From Sulfurisphaera javensis (GTDB lineage: Archaea; Thermoproteota; Thermoprotei_A; Sulfolobales; Sulfolobaceae), in contig NZ_AP031322.1 of the NCBI RefSeq assembly GCF_041154675.1, forward strand, positions 1,711,812 through 1,735,811: a DNA stretch of 24,000 nt, given 5' to 3'. The notes under the pieces were generated by a model. The model was given only the letters and a program-made list of their open reading frames with translations. It did not search any database and was not told the origin of the DNA. Shown in pieces: positions 1-8,851 of the stretch. Position 1 is the first letter of the stretch; each line of letters opens with the position of its first letter. The position numbers were made by a program, and so were the translations under genes.

Positions 1-1885
1 TAGGAACTGTTGGACCACTTCCTAAGGCTATAACTTCAGAGTGCCATTGTGCACCTCTTGGGGCTTCCTTAAGTCCAACTCCTATTGCAACATCTGTATT
101 TGTGTTTTTCTTATAAGTCCAGTCATACTGATTACCTCTACTGACTGCTGTTTGACCATTCTTTATATAATTCAAGGCAGAGAACCAAGCTATCCATGCA
201 CCTCCAGCATCTAAAGCACATGCATGAGCTCTAGCTCTCATCCTTTCTACAGCATTAGTAGCTACAGTTATACTTCCATTAGATAATTTAGATGACAACA
301 TCCAAGGCGATACATACTTTATCTCAATCTCACCTTGAAGTTCCGGAGGTAGCACAATTCTAGAAGAAATAGTTTGAGGTAAGTTCCATGTAACAGACTG
401 TTCATTGCTGTTATATTGAATTTCTATGCCAGCTGAAGAATATACCGCAGTATAAATAGGATCTGGAGCTTGTGGTTGTAAAACTTGTGCCCACATTACA
501 GCCTGAGGATCAGCCTCTACATTGAAGAAATAATTCATTACTGGCTTATGTCCAGCATATGGAACTAATCTTGGAGACATTGCCCAACTATATTTACCTT
601 GTGAATTACCAGAACCAAATGGATAACCTCTAGCCAAAGGCTGTGGTATAGTCCATTTTCTCCATGGATGATATGGGCTTACTGAATTGCCTATTGGATC
701 CTGAGATATGCCAGACACTTCTGATGGAACTTCTGAATTGTTAACCCAATCTTCATAAAATGAGGATTCAACAAATTCTCTCATTCCTAAATTAATATCA
801 ATTAAACTATTAGTTACCAATTCTGGTGGAGAAGTTGCACTCTTTTGGATCACTAATCCCGGTTTAACTACTCTAGCTCTTCCCCATGCCCCCATATTTT
901 CATAAGTAGCATCATATGGAGATACTGGAGTTGACGAAGGAGTTACACTAGGAGCCTCAGAAACATCGCTTTGCCCATAGCACAAGAAGTTACCTGGTCT
1001 ATTACCCATTTCAGCAAATCCTAGATTATTAAAGTTCTTATCATAATAGGCTTGTACACCAAATACATTACCATAATCATTTAGGAATAAGTTTAGGATC
1101 TCCCAAATTGCAACTTGCTTCTTTGCATACGCTGTACCATCAACTAATCTTTGTAAATATCTTTGTAAGTTTTCTACTGTTGCTGGAACTCCTATTCCTC
1201 CTGGAACCATTGAAATTGGATGTGGAATTCTTAGATAGTATAATACTTCTGCCTCATGCATAATTCTCCATACATAAGCACCTTCTAGCCATATAGCCCC
1301 AATTATTGGCACTAAACCATCCATAATATCTGCTACAGTTCTCATTGTAACACCGCTAAATTTCAACTCGCTAGGAGCACCATTTGGAAAAGCTTCAGAA
1401 TATTCTAATACTTTGCTTATTGGAGTCTGCTGTGCTAACTGATAAATCTCTGGAGGATAATAGCCAGCTATCTTAAAGAATAATGAACTCCAATCTGGTC
1501 CTCCTAATGCTGTTAGATGTACTGTTGCATCATAAACCATAGCGGCATCATTAGCTAACATAATTGTCTCTAAACCTAATGGTGGAGGAGCATAACCACC
1601 CATAGCCATTTCTTGTGCAATTCTCTCTATAAACTGATGATGTTCTCCACATATTCCGCATTCTCTTGATGCTAGCATTATAACATCTGGTGCTGGCTTG
1701 TTTCTTAAGAAAATCTCAAACCCTCTAAACATTCCAGCTCCAGCATAAGCCTCAGTAGCCCTAACTTGATTTTCACCTTCTATATTTACTGTTACTTGAA
1801 TTCCTAGTTCTGGCTTTATTCTTACTATAGGTTCTATTACAACTGGTTTTGTCCAATCATATTTAAACAAATAGGAAGAAGCCAT
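1..1885 (-). CDS. [NiFe]-hydrogenase large subunit, hydrogenase A (partial; C-terminus lies beyond the window start)
   Basis: ATG at 1883-1885, 1 nt after the small-subunit stop. The frame stays open to the window edge. Hand translation gives MASSYLFKYDWTKPVVIEPIVRIKPELGIQVTVNIEGENQV...GMFRGFEIFLRNKPAPDVIMLASRECGICGEHH (L1 motif RxCGxCxxxH), RIPHPISMVPGGIG (about 1180-1240) and KEAPRGAQWHSEV (about 30-70). More than 628 codons are visible. Confidence 0.9.
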   Translation of the reverse strand, partial: MASSYLFKYDWTKPVVIEPIVRIKPELGIQVTVNIEGENQVRATEAYAGAGMFRGFEIFLRNKPAPDVIMLASRECGICGEHHQFIERIAQEMAMGGYAPPPLGLETIMLANDAAMVYDATVHLTALGGPDWSSLFFKIAGYYPPEIYQLAQQTPISKVLEYSEAFPNGAPSELKFSGVTMRTVADIMDGLVPIIGAIWLEGAYVWRIMHEAEVLYYLRIPHPISMVPGGIGVPATVENLQRYLQRLVDGTAYAKKQVAIWEILNLFLNDYGNVFGVQAYYDKNFNNLGFAEMGNRPGNFLCYGQSDVSEAPSVTPSSTPVSPYDATYENMGAWGRARVVKPGLVIQKSATSPPELVTNSLIDINLGMREFVESSFYEDWVNNSEVPSEVSGISQDPIGNSVSPYHPWRKWTIPQPLARGYPFGSGNSQGKYSWAMSPRLVPYAGHKPVMNYFFNVEADPQAVMWAQVLQPQAPDPIYTAVYSSAGIEIQYNSNEQSVTWNLPQTISSRIVLPPELQGEIEIKYVSPWMLSSKLSNGSITVATNAVERMRARAHACALDAGGAWIAWFSALNYIKNGQTAVSRGNQYDWTYKKNTNTDVAIGVGLKEAPRGAQWHSEVIALGSGPTVP

Positions 1886-1886
1886 T

Positions 1887-3236
1887 TTAACTCACCCCCT
1901 TAGCTTTGGGAATTACGGGTTTACCTCTTCTTCTAGATAAGAAATACGAACCAACACCTACAACTATTCCAGCACCCACAGCTGCTGCTAATAACGTTGT
2001 TGAAGGTAATGTTGGTGCATTCGGAGGAGCATAGAATGGTTCATATAAATCTGGAAATCCTGGAGCAGTACAAGCTATACATACTCCCCCTCTCGTACAT
2101 CCCCCAACTCCTCCAACCCAGCCTAGACGCGGTGCTGGACTATTTGCTTCTGTTCCTTTACATCCTAAACTATAAGTGCATTGCGGATCTCCGAAGTTTT
2201 TAGCAAAAATTCCTTGAGCGAAAAATCCAGCTCTGGGACAGTTCTGATGAGTCTCATTTCCATAAAAGAATTTTGGTCTATTAAATATATCTAAGTAAGT
2301 AGAAGGGGCAGGAGCTAATCCTCTCGCATATAATACTCCGGCTACTAATGTTCTCATAATCCAATCTCCAGCTGGTGGATCAGCAGCTATAGCAACAATT
2401 GGCTGTCCTAATTTACTTAACCAATGATAACTTGGTCCAGGGTAAGCAGTATTATAAGGAGAGTTTGTAACAGAGTATATATCCTCATCAATTACTTGCT
2501 CTCCTCTGAAATAACCTAGATCTTTTTCATATACCTCATGGATGTAAGCAGGAAAACCTAGAATTCCTCTGTAAGGATCATCTAACATTCCCATCACATA
2601 TGTAGGAGATCTGTAACCTAAACCGTTTGTAGTTGCAGGAATTCCACCATAGGTTGCACAAGCACCAGTAGCGTAAACTAATGCAGCTTTTTTCATTAAG
2701 TTAAACACGAACTCATCGCATAGCAATACATGTCCAGATGGAGTTCTCCCAGCAGAACACCAGAAAGAACCAGATGGCTTCTCGTAATATAAGCCAAACT
2801 CATCAAACATTGTACCTTCAACAACTAATACATAAGGATCAAAAACACCAGCTAATGCAGCTTCCATAGTTGGATATGCCATATCGTCTTGTGGCATTAA
2901 AATTGGATGGTACACTAGATTTATGTTTCCTAGGTTTGTTATTGATGGAGCCCTTAAGGTTATCGGTTGTAAATTAAATGTGACTTGTGTCACTACGTCT
3001 TCAACAGCAGGATTCATTGCATCTATGAAAGCTATTGTATTTCCTCCACACCATCCGTTTCCTGTCCAGATTATGTTTATTGGATCTGATAGAGCGTCAT
3101 TAGCCATGTTAAATAAGTCCTTCCATGTTAGTCCCTTTTCTATCATCCATGTTGTAAGACCAGTAATCCCAGCTAATTTCATGAAATCTCTTCTACTAAT
3201 CCCTATCTTAACTTGTTTTGGCTTCGGTTCCTTCAC
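1887..3236 (-). CDS. [NiFe]-hydrogenase small subunit, hydrogenase A, with twin-arginine (Tat) signal and C-terminal transmembrane anchor
   Basis: GTG start preceded by AGGGGAT (SD-like). N-terminal SRRDFMKLAG Tat motif. Small-subunit motifs IIWTGNGWCGGNT, ATGACATYGG, HQNCPR, CTYSLGCKG and CTRGGVCIAC. Hydrophobic C-terminal stretch LLAAAVGAGIVVGVGSYFL followed by RRRGK. Lies directly upstream of the large subunit. Confidence 0.88.
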   Translation of the reverse strand: MKEPKPKQVKIGISRRDFMKLAGITGLTTWMIEKGLTWKDLFNMANDALSDPINIIWTGNGWCGGNTIAFIDAMNPAVEDVVTQVTFNLQPITLRAPSITNLGNINLVYHPILMPQDDMAYPTMEAALAGVFDPYVLVVEGTMFDEFGLYYEKPSGSFWCSAGRTPSGHVLLCDEFVFNLMKKAALVYATGACATYGGIPATTNGLGYRSPTYVMGMLDDPYRGILGFPAYIHEVYEKDLGYFRGEQVIDEDIYSVTNSPYNTAYPGPSYHWLSKLGQPIVAIAADPPAGDWIMRTLVAGVLYARGLAPAPSTYLDIFNRPKFFYGNETHQNCPRAGFFAQGIFAKNFGDPQCTYSLGCKGTEANSPAPRLGWVGGVGGCTRGGVCIACTAPGFPDLYEPFYAPPNAPTLPSTTLLAAAVGAGIVVGVGSYFLSRRRGKPVIPKAKGVS

Positions 3237-3316
3237 TTTAATCCCCTTTACTAGGTATCTTTTAGTATACCAGATTTATAAATTTTACTTATAAACTAAT
3301 GATATCTTATTTTTTA

Positions 3317-4318
3317 TTACTTATATTCAAATTTACTAAAATAGTAATAAATTGTTGGTATGAGTGATATAATAAAAGAGCTAAATGATAAAGCATAAGT
3401 AGCTGGAATTAAATTATAAAAATAGGCTACAGAAGCACCAAAAAATAATTCTGCAATAGAGGGAATTAGTGTAAAATGAGGAATTACTTTTATGTTTTCA
3501 CTTTTTCTATCAACGTAGTAAAAGAGAATTGAAAGTGATACAAGAGTTATAAGTGCATATGGAATTTCGTTTATGGTTAGAGAATAGTAGAATTCTGTTA
3601 CGGAAAGAGATAAAGTAATTAGGCCAAATAAAAGATAATAAAATAGGCTAATTTTTCCTTTTATATACCTATATGAAAAATATACGGAGAGAAATAACGA
3701 AAGAAGCAATTCTAGTACTGAAGCCTCATTTATTGGATCATGAGATAAGGGTAGAATCGAATGAGTCATTTCTGAAGCTATATTAGGGCCTGCAAAAATA
3801 AGTAACGAAAGAAGTAAAATATCCCTATTTTTAAACTTATAAGATAAATAAGCTATTTCAGGGAAAATCATTAGAAAAAACATAAATGAATTTACTACCT
3901 CAAGGATAGCTGGGACTACAATTTGAGATATTGAGAGTGAAAAACTAGGTATGTCTGTCCCATAAAAATAAAGGCTATATAATGCGTTAGTTAAATTATT
4001 TCTCACAATTGCATAATAAAGTAAACTCATAACAATTTCTTGGAAAATGAGAGAAGATACTATTGCAAATTTATATTTTCCTAGGTTATAACTTAATTGC
4101 ATGATTAACCAAAAGTAGACTGAAATTAGGAGGGTTAAAATAAGATCTGAAGGAGAAACAAGAACGAGGAAAACCACTGTAGTTATGTAACTCATAAGAA
4201 GAAATAAGTATCCAAGCTTATTTTTCAATGCAAACTCAAATGAGATAGTGACTGTTATGGTCATTATAATAATGTACACTATATATAGAAGGACTAAATT
4301 GTGGATTTCACCGTTCAT
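3317..4318 (-). CDS. Polytopic integral membrane protein of unknown function, same strand and immediately upstream of the hydrogenase A genes (possible membrane partner, unproven)
   Basis: 333-aa ORF that is almost entirely hydrophobic, with roughly 9-10 predicted helices by eye. I recognise no family motif. Only 80 nt separate it from the small-subunit start. Confidence 0.5.
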   Translation of the reverse strand: MNGEIHNLVLLYIVYIIIMTITVTISFEFALKNKLGYLFLLMSYITTVVFLVLVSPSDLILTLLISVYFWLIMQLSYNLGKYKFAIVSSLIFQEIVMSLLYYAIVRNNLTNALYSLYFYGTDIPSFSLSISQIVVPAILEVVNSFMFFLMIFPEIAYLSYKFKNRDILLLSLLIFAGPNIASEMTHSILPLSHDPINEASVLELLLSLFLSVYFSYRYIKGKISLFYYLLFGLITLSLSVTEFYYSLTINEIPYALITLVSLSILFYYVDRKSENIKVIPHFTLIPSIAELFFGASVAYFYNLIPATYALSFSSFIISLIPTIYYYFSKFEYK

Positions 4319-4402
4319 ATAATTACTCTTATCAAAAATAATTATAAAGTTTACTATAATATACCTAGTATAGCTTATTAACTGTGAAAATAAATTATAT
4401 TT

Positions 4403-5656
4403 ATGAACTTTCTTTCATGGAATCAGGCAATTTATAAAAATAAAGAATTAATTGCACTCTTCATGATAACTTCTTGGTGCGAGTATTGTGAAGAACAAGA
4501 AAAAGAGTTTGACTTCGAGATCAATGACAAAGTTTCTTTAGTAAAAGAAGATGCCGATGAGAGAATAGATTTAGCTGTAAGATATACACCACAGATTTAT
4601 CCATGCATCAGTTTAATAGCTAAAGATTCTGTTATAGGTGGTACATACGGTTTAGTTAAAAAAGATAAAATAAAAGAGATGGTTAATGATGCACTAGAAC
4701 TAATCAGCGGAAAAGGCAAAATTATAACACCTCCTGAAATTTCTCATAAAGTTGATAAGTTTACTCCTAATTATGCCTTAAATCATATATTAAGAGTATG
4801 TGAAGGTTATTTTGATTGGAAAGAAGGAGGATTTGAAAAAGAACCAAAATATGTTTCTCCAGAGGTTTTACAATTATTTTTGCATTTTAATGATTATTAT
4901 CATAAACTAATGGTAGAGGTTACTTTAGATAATGCTATAGAATACTTATGGGATAATGGATTTTATTTATTTTCTAAGACAATTGATTGGAAGGAACCTT
5001 ACAAGGCTAAACTACTAGATTATAATGCAGAAATGGTAAGAACTCTTTTAAAGGCTTATGAAGTAGTTAAAGATGATACTTACTTGGATTATGCTATAAA
5101 AACAATAGAGTGGATTCTTAAGAAGAAGGATAACCAAGGCTACTTTATTAACTCTGAATTCCTTGGGAAGGAGGATAAAAGACCATTTTTAAATGTAAAC
5201 TCTAACGTAGGTAACGCCCTTATAGAAGCTTATAAATTTACTGAGGATGAAAAGTATATTGAAGAAGCTAAAGAGTTATCTGATAAGCTAGTAATTTCTC
5301 ATAGAATTGACACTCTAACTCCACCTTATTTAATAGATATTGCATCTTACCTTAGTTTTCTATCCAAATTGGATATTAATAAAGCAAAGAGACTTAGTGT
5401 AATTCTTCAGGATTATAAAGGAGATAAAGCGTACTATGATGTAACTCTGAATTATGCAAAAGAGAATTTAATAGGAAGATATCATTTCCTTTATGATAAT
5501 ACTCTATTAGCTGAGGCTTTCATGAACTTAGGCTTTATTGATGAGGCCAAGAAGATTATTGATAGTTTTCTAGCCTCTTATGGTATTTATACGTATTATA
5601 ATCAGGCAAAATATGCTATTATTCTAGGTGAGCTTTATGGTTTATTTACTCACTAA
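4403..5656 (+). CDS. Thioredoxin-fold protein with a long helical C-terminal domain (YyaL/DUF255-like architecture)
   Basis: N-terminal ALFMITSWCEYCEEQEKEF (CxxC in a thioredoxin-like context, followed by VKEDADERIDL..Y). About 300 aa of helical repeat-like sequence follow. The family call rests on resemblance only. Confidence 0.5.
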   Translation: MNFLSWNQAIYKNKELIALFMITSWCEYCEEQEKEFDFEINDKVSLVKEDADERIDLAVRYTPQIYPCISLIAKDSVIGGTYGLVKKDKIKEMVNDALELISGKGKIITPPEISHKVDKFTPNYALNHILRVCEGYFDWKEGGFEKEPKYVSPEVLQLFLHFNDYYHKLMVEVTLDNAIEYLWDNGFYLFSKTIDWKEPYKAKLLDYNAEMVRTLLKAYEVVKDDTYLDYAIKTIEWILKKKDNQGYFINSEFLGKEDKRPFLNVNSNVGNALIEAYKFTEDEKYIEEAKELSDKLVISHRIDTLTPPYLIDIASYLSFLSKLDINKAKRLSVILQDYKGDKAYYDVTLNYAKENLIGRYHFLYDNTLLAEAFMNLGFIDEAKKIIDSFLASYGIYTYYNQAKYAIILGELYGLFTH

Positions 5657-6110
5657 AATTTTCTTTGGATTATTGGCATTAGATCAAGTAGTCTTTATAT
5701 TTGAAGTTTTAAGTATACTTAACAATTCCAGCTTTTCTCCTTTAACTGAAATTAATTATATTCTAGGTTTATTAACAATCTTAATATTAATAGCAAGGTT
5801 ATTCATATTGTTTAATGGCTATCCTAGATATGTTTCAATACTTCTCTTTATACCAATAATTAATGTATTTGCTGTGCCTTACATTTCTTACAAACTTACA
5901 TCTTCTAAGTTATTGTCTGGCATAACATTTGGATTATGGTTTGTCAACTTAGTCTTTACGTTAATAGCTAATATACCACCAATAATTTACTTCGGAGAGG
6001 GATATTATTTCCTAAACCAGTTTGTAATACTTGATTTATTTTCTTTAGCATCGCTCCTGAGTTTAGGCTATTGTGTGATATATAGAGAGAAAAAGATGAA
6101 AAGTACTTAA
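5628..6110 (+). CDS. Small hypothetical membrane protein
   Basis: 160-aa hydrophobic ORF with about 4-5 helices. It overlaps the 3' end of the previous gene. GTG start at 5628, or ATG at 5637. Confidence 0.45.
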   Translation: MSFMVYLLTKIFFGLLALDQVVFIFEVLSILNNSSFSPLTEINYILGLLTILILIARLFILFNGYPRYVSILLFIPIINVFAVPYISYKLTSSKLLSGITFGLWFVNLVFTLIANIPPIIYFGEGYYFLNQFVILDLFSLASLLSLGYCVIYREKKMKST

Positions 6111-6130
6111 TTCACTTTATAATCGAAATA

Positions 6131-6143
6131 AAAGTTTATATAT
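6131..6143 (+). promoter_or_regulatory. BRE/TATA-like element (AAAGTTTATATAT) upstream of the permease gene, with AGGTGG SD at 6166-6171
   Basis: AT-rich TATA-like box about 40 nt upstream of the ATG at 6179, and a GGTG-type SD 8 nt upstream of the start. Confidence 0.4.
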
Positions 6144-6178
6144 CAGTAATACCGACTATACTATTAGGTGGGAAAAGT

Positions 6179-7630
6179 ATGGGTATATTAAGCAAAAAGG
6201 TAGGATGGCTTGAGAAAGAAGTTCTGCACATTTTAGATCTAATACCACTCTCGACCTCTAGTGTTGCACCTACATTCAGCATAGCTGCCGCCTATGGAAG
6301 CATGGTAGCATTAATGGGTCCTTCAGCAATTATGGCTGTGATAACTTCATTCCCCTTCTTCCTTTTTGCATCTATTATATTTAGACAATTAAATAAAAAA
6401 GCTCCTCATTGTGGAGCTTCTTATCATTGGGGTGCCAAGTTAGTTAGTACGAGGTATGGTGCTTTTCAATTTTGGATTGTTACTTTAGCTTATTTCTTAT
6501 CACTACCACCCATAATTATACCAGCTGGTGAATATACTCTTGATTTACTTTATAGACTTGGTTTAATAAGTAGGGGAATGGAGTTAAGCGTATTTTGGGA
6601 TTCTATTGTGGGAATAATTTGGGCTTTAATTGCAGCAATACCATTATTATTGGGGGCAAAACCAACAGCAAGATTTACAGAAGTATTCCTTGCAATAGAG
6701 TTAGTAATACTTTCTTCATTTGTAGTAATCGGAATTATCTCTTTACCTACTCATGCTGTAAATCAATTTAATTGGTCATGGTTCTTTAATCCTAAGTGGT
6801 TCTCAACCCCCTCATACTTTTTAACTTTAGCCGCAACAATGGTAATAGTAGCAACAATACTTGACGGTTGGGAGATTGATAGTTACGCATCAGAAGAATC
6901 TAAAAAACCCTATCACTGGCCAGGTTTATCTGGTATAGTGGGGCTAATTAGTGTGTTCATAATTTATATAATTACGATGCCTATTATGACTATCGAGACG
7001 CCAATATCGGCCTTAGCTTCAAGTGTTGATCCTTTAGCCAGATGGGCTTCTTACGTAATTCCGCAATATGTTTGGTTAATGGATATTGCTGTAATTGCTT
7101 CTACAGCCTCTTCTTTATGGCTTACAGCATTTATACTAACTAGGGCATGGTATGCAGCTGGAAGAGAAGGATTATTGCCAAAACCATTTGGATGGGTAAG
7201 TGAAAAATTCAAATCACCATGGTTTTCAATATTAATAGCAACTCTCTTCGAAGTTATAGTGCAATTACTGGAGCTTACATCTCCAAGCGTTCAATCATTT
7301 TTCGGGCTAGTATTAACTGGGGCTGGCGCATTCTTATTGACGGAATTTGGAATGGATTCACTAACAGCTACAATAACTTGGTGGAGAAACTATAGAACAA
7401 GTATAAAAGACTGGATAATTCGTATAATTGCCCCTATTACCTCACTAGGGATGTTTGGAATTATAATTATGGGTGTAATTAATGCCGGACCGGCATTTGG
7501 ATATAGTACTATAGAATATAGCTTAACACTTTTGATATTAACCTTAATAGGAGTTCCGTTTATCTTTAGACATTATAATATAATAACACCTAATTGGTTA
7601 CACCAAGTAACAAAGAAAGAGTTAAGATAA
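6179..7630 (+). CDS. APC-superfamily amino acid/polyamine permease
   Basis: 483 aa with about 12 hydrophobic segments. The N-terminal region LIPLSTSSVAPTFSIAAAYG and the overall layout are typical of APC transporters. Confidence 0.7.
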   Translation: MGILSKKVGWLEKEVLHILDLIPLSTSSVAPTFSIAAAYGSMVALMGPSAIMAVITSFPFFLFASIIFRQLNKKAPHCGASYHWGAKLVSTRYGAFQFWIVTLAYFLSLPPIIIPAGEYTLDLLYRLGLISRGMELSVFWDSIVGIIWALIAAIPLLLGAKPTARFTEVFLAIELVILSSFVVIGIISLPTHAVNQFNWSWFFNPKWFSTPSYFLTLAATMVIVATILDGWEIDSYASEESKKPYHWPGLSGIVGLISVFIIYIITMPIMTIETPISALASSVDPLARWASYVIPQYVWLMDIAVIASTASSLWLTAFILTRAWYAAGREGLLPKPFGWVSEKFKSPWFSILIATLFEVIVQLLELTSPSVQSFFGLVLTGAGAFLLTEFGMDSLTATITWWRNYRTSIKDWIIRIIAPITSLGMFGIIIMGVINAGPAFGYSTIEYSLTLLILTLIGVPFIFRHYNIITPNWLHQVTKKELR

Positions 7631-7643
7631 AAGTTTTTATATA
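7629..7643 (+). promoter_or_regulatory. BRE/TATA-like element (AAAAGTTTTTATATA) for the beta-helix protein gene
   Basis: Centred about 26 nt upstream of the GTG at 7663, consistent with a leaderless transcript. Confidence 0.4.
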
Positions 7644-7662
7644 CAAAAAATAATGCATTTCT

Positions 7663-8598
7663 GTGACTTTAAAAACTCTGATTTTACTCTTTATCATTAC
7701 GGTATCTTCCTTTACTATCTGTGCTGTTACAAATCAAGTTAATCATTCAGTTATTATAATTGGAAAGAAAAATCTAACTATTTCCGGGCTAAATATAGTA
7801 AATGGTAATATAACAATTATTAACTCAAGTAATATAGTAATAGAAAATAATATGATATATAACAGTATCTATTTTGGCATATTCGTGTATAATTCTACTA
7901 ATATTACGATAGAGCATAATGTGATATCTAATTCTTATTATGATGGAATATCTATAAGAAAATCAAGTAGTGTAATTATAAAATATAACATTATATCAAA
8001 TGATACAAATGGTAATGGAATATCTATATGGGATAATAGTAAAAATGTAATTATTAGTAATAATCTTCTATCTAATGATGATTACGGAATTTTTATACTT
8101 ATGAGTTCTATTGTTAATATATATAATAATACTCTCTTTAAGATATATTATTATGGAATTTATCTTTATCAAGTTAGTGATATAAAAGTGTTGAATAATT
8201 CCATTTCTTTCTCTGACGTTGGAATTGAAACTGAATACGGAAATATAATCCTTATCCTTTCAAATATAATTAAATATGATCTAGTTGGCGTTTATATAGG
8301 AGATGGTTTAGAAAACTTTAGCTTGATAAATAATATAATTCAAAACTCTAGGTTTTTTGGCATTTTAATTAAATATTATCCTGAAGAATTTGAATATGAA
8401 GAGAATAGTTTTCTTAATAATACAGCTAATCTTTTTTATGAGTATAATAGTACTTTACCTAAACAACAAGTTATAGGAGCAGTTCCTCCAACTACTACAT
8501 CAGAAGAAATAAACAGGACTAATTATCTTTATTATTTTTTAGTTATAGTTCCAGTATCTCTCATCATAGCATATCTACTGAGGAGGAGAAGAAAGTAA
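7663..8598 (+). CDS. Secreted, membrane-anchored right-handed parallel beta-helix repeat protein (NosD/PbH1-like), probably heavily N-glycosylated
   Basis: N-terminal hydrophobic signal. Repeated ~22-aa units of the type NxxIxxNxI (IENNMIYNS, IEHNVISNS, IKYNIISND, ISNNLLSND, LNNSISFSD, INNIIQNS). About 13 N-x-S/T sequons. Ser/Thr-rich linker PPTTTSEE, then a C-terminal TM helix plus RRRRK. Confidence 0.7.
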   Translation: MTLKTLILLFIITVSSFTICAVTNQVNHSVIIIGKKNLTISGLNIVNGNITIINSSNIVIENNMIYNSIYFGIFVYNSTNITIEHNVISNSYYDGISIRKSSSVIIKYNIISNDTNGNGISIWDNSKNVIISNNLLSNDDYGIFILMSSIVNIYNNTLFKIYYYGIYLYQVSDIKVLNNSISFSDVGIETEYGNIILILSNIIKYDLVGVYIGDGLENFSLINNIIQNSRFFGILIKYYPEEFEYEENSFLNNTANLFYEYNSTLPKQQVIGAVPPTTTSEEINRTNYLYYFLVIVPVSLIIAYLLRRRRK

Positions 8599-8808
8599 TT
8601 CCCTCATTTCTTTTTCATATTTAATCATCTCAAGGTATTCTTTCTCACTAATTTTACTTACAATCATACCATAGCTTACTACTACATAATCTCCTTCCTT
8701 TATGTCATCCTCATTATTTATAACTGGTTCTACTATACCATTTCCATAATCAACAAATGCAATCATTCCCTCAATTTGTACAACTTTCGCAGGTAAACTT
8801 ATGCACAT
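8575..8808 (-). CDS. hypC: Hydrogenase maturation chaperone HypC/HupF family
   Basis: 77 aa. N-terminal MCISLPAKVVQIEG carries the essential Cys2, and the beta-barrel-like core GDYVVVSYG is present. Confidence 0.85.
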   Translation of the reverse strand: MCISLPAKVVQIEGMIAFVDYGNGIVEPVINNEDDIKEGDYVVVSYGMIVSKISEKEYLEMIKYEKEMRELLSSPPQ

Positions 8809-8851
8809 AAAATAATAATATTTTTTATACTTTTAAATCTTCATATATTTT
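8809..8851. promoter_or_regulatory. 43-bp bidirectional promoter region between hypC (minus) and the large-subunit-like gene (plus)
   Basis: TATA-like TTTTTATAC lies about 25 nt upstream of the ATG at 8852. On the other strand TTTAAAAGTAT lies about 25 nt upstream of the ATG at 8808. There is no room for 5' leaders. Confidence 0.4.

Noticed and set aside
1997-2203. 68-aa plus-strand ORF inside the hydrogenase A small-subunit gene
   Set aside because: It is entirely antisense to a strongly supported CDS, has low-complexity composition, and has no motif and no promoter context.
2923-3294. 123-aa plus-strand ORF overlapping the 5' end of the small-subunit gene
   Set aside because: It is antisense to the Tat-signal and N-terminal domain coding region. 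It is most simply a shadow ORF of an AT-rich gene.
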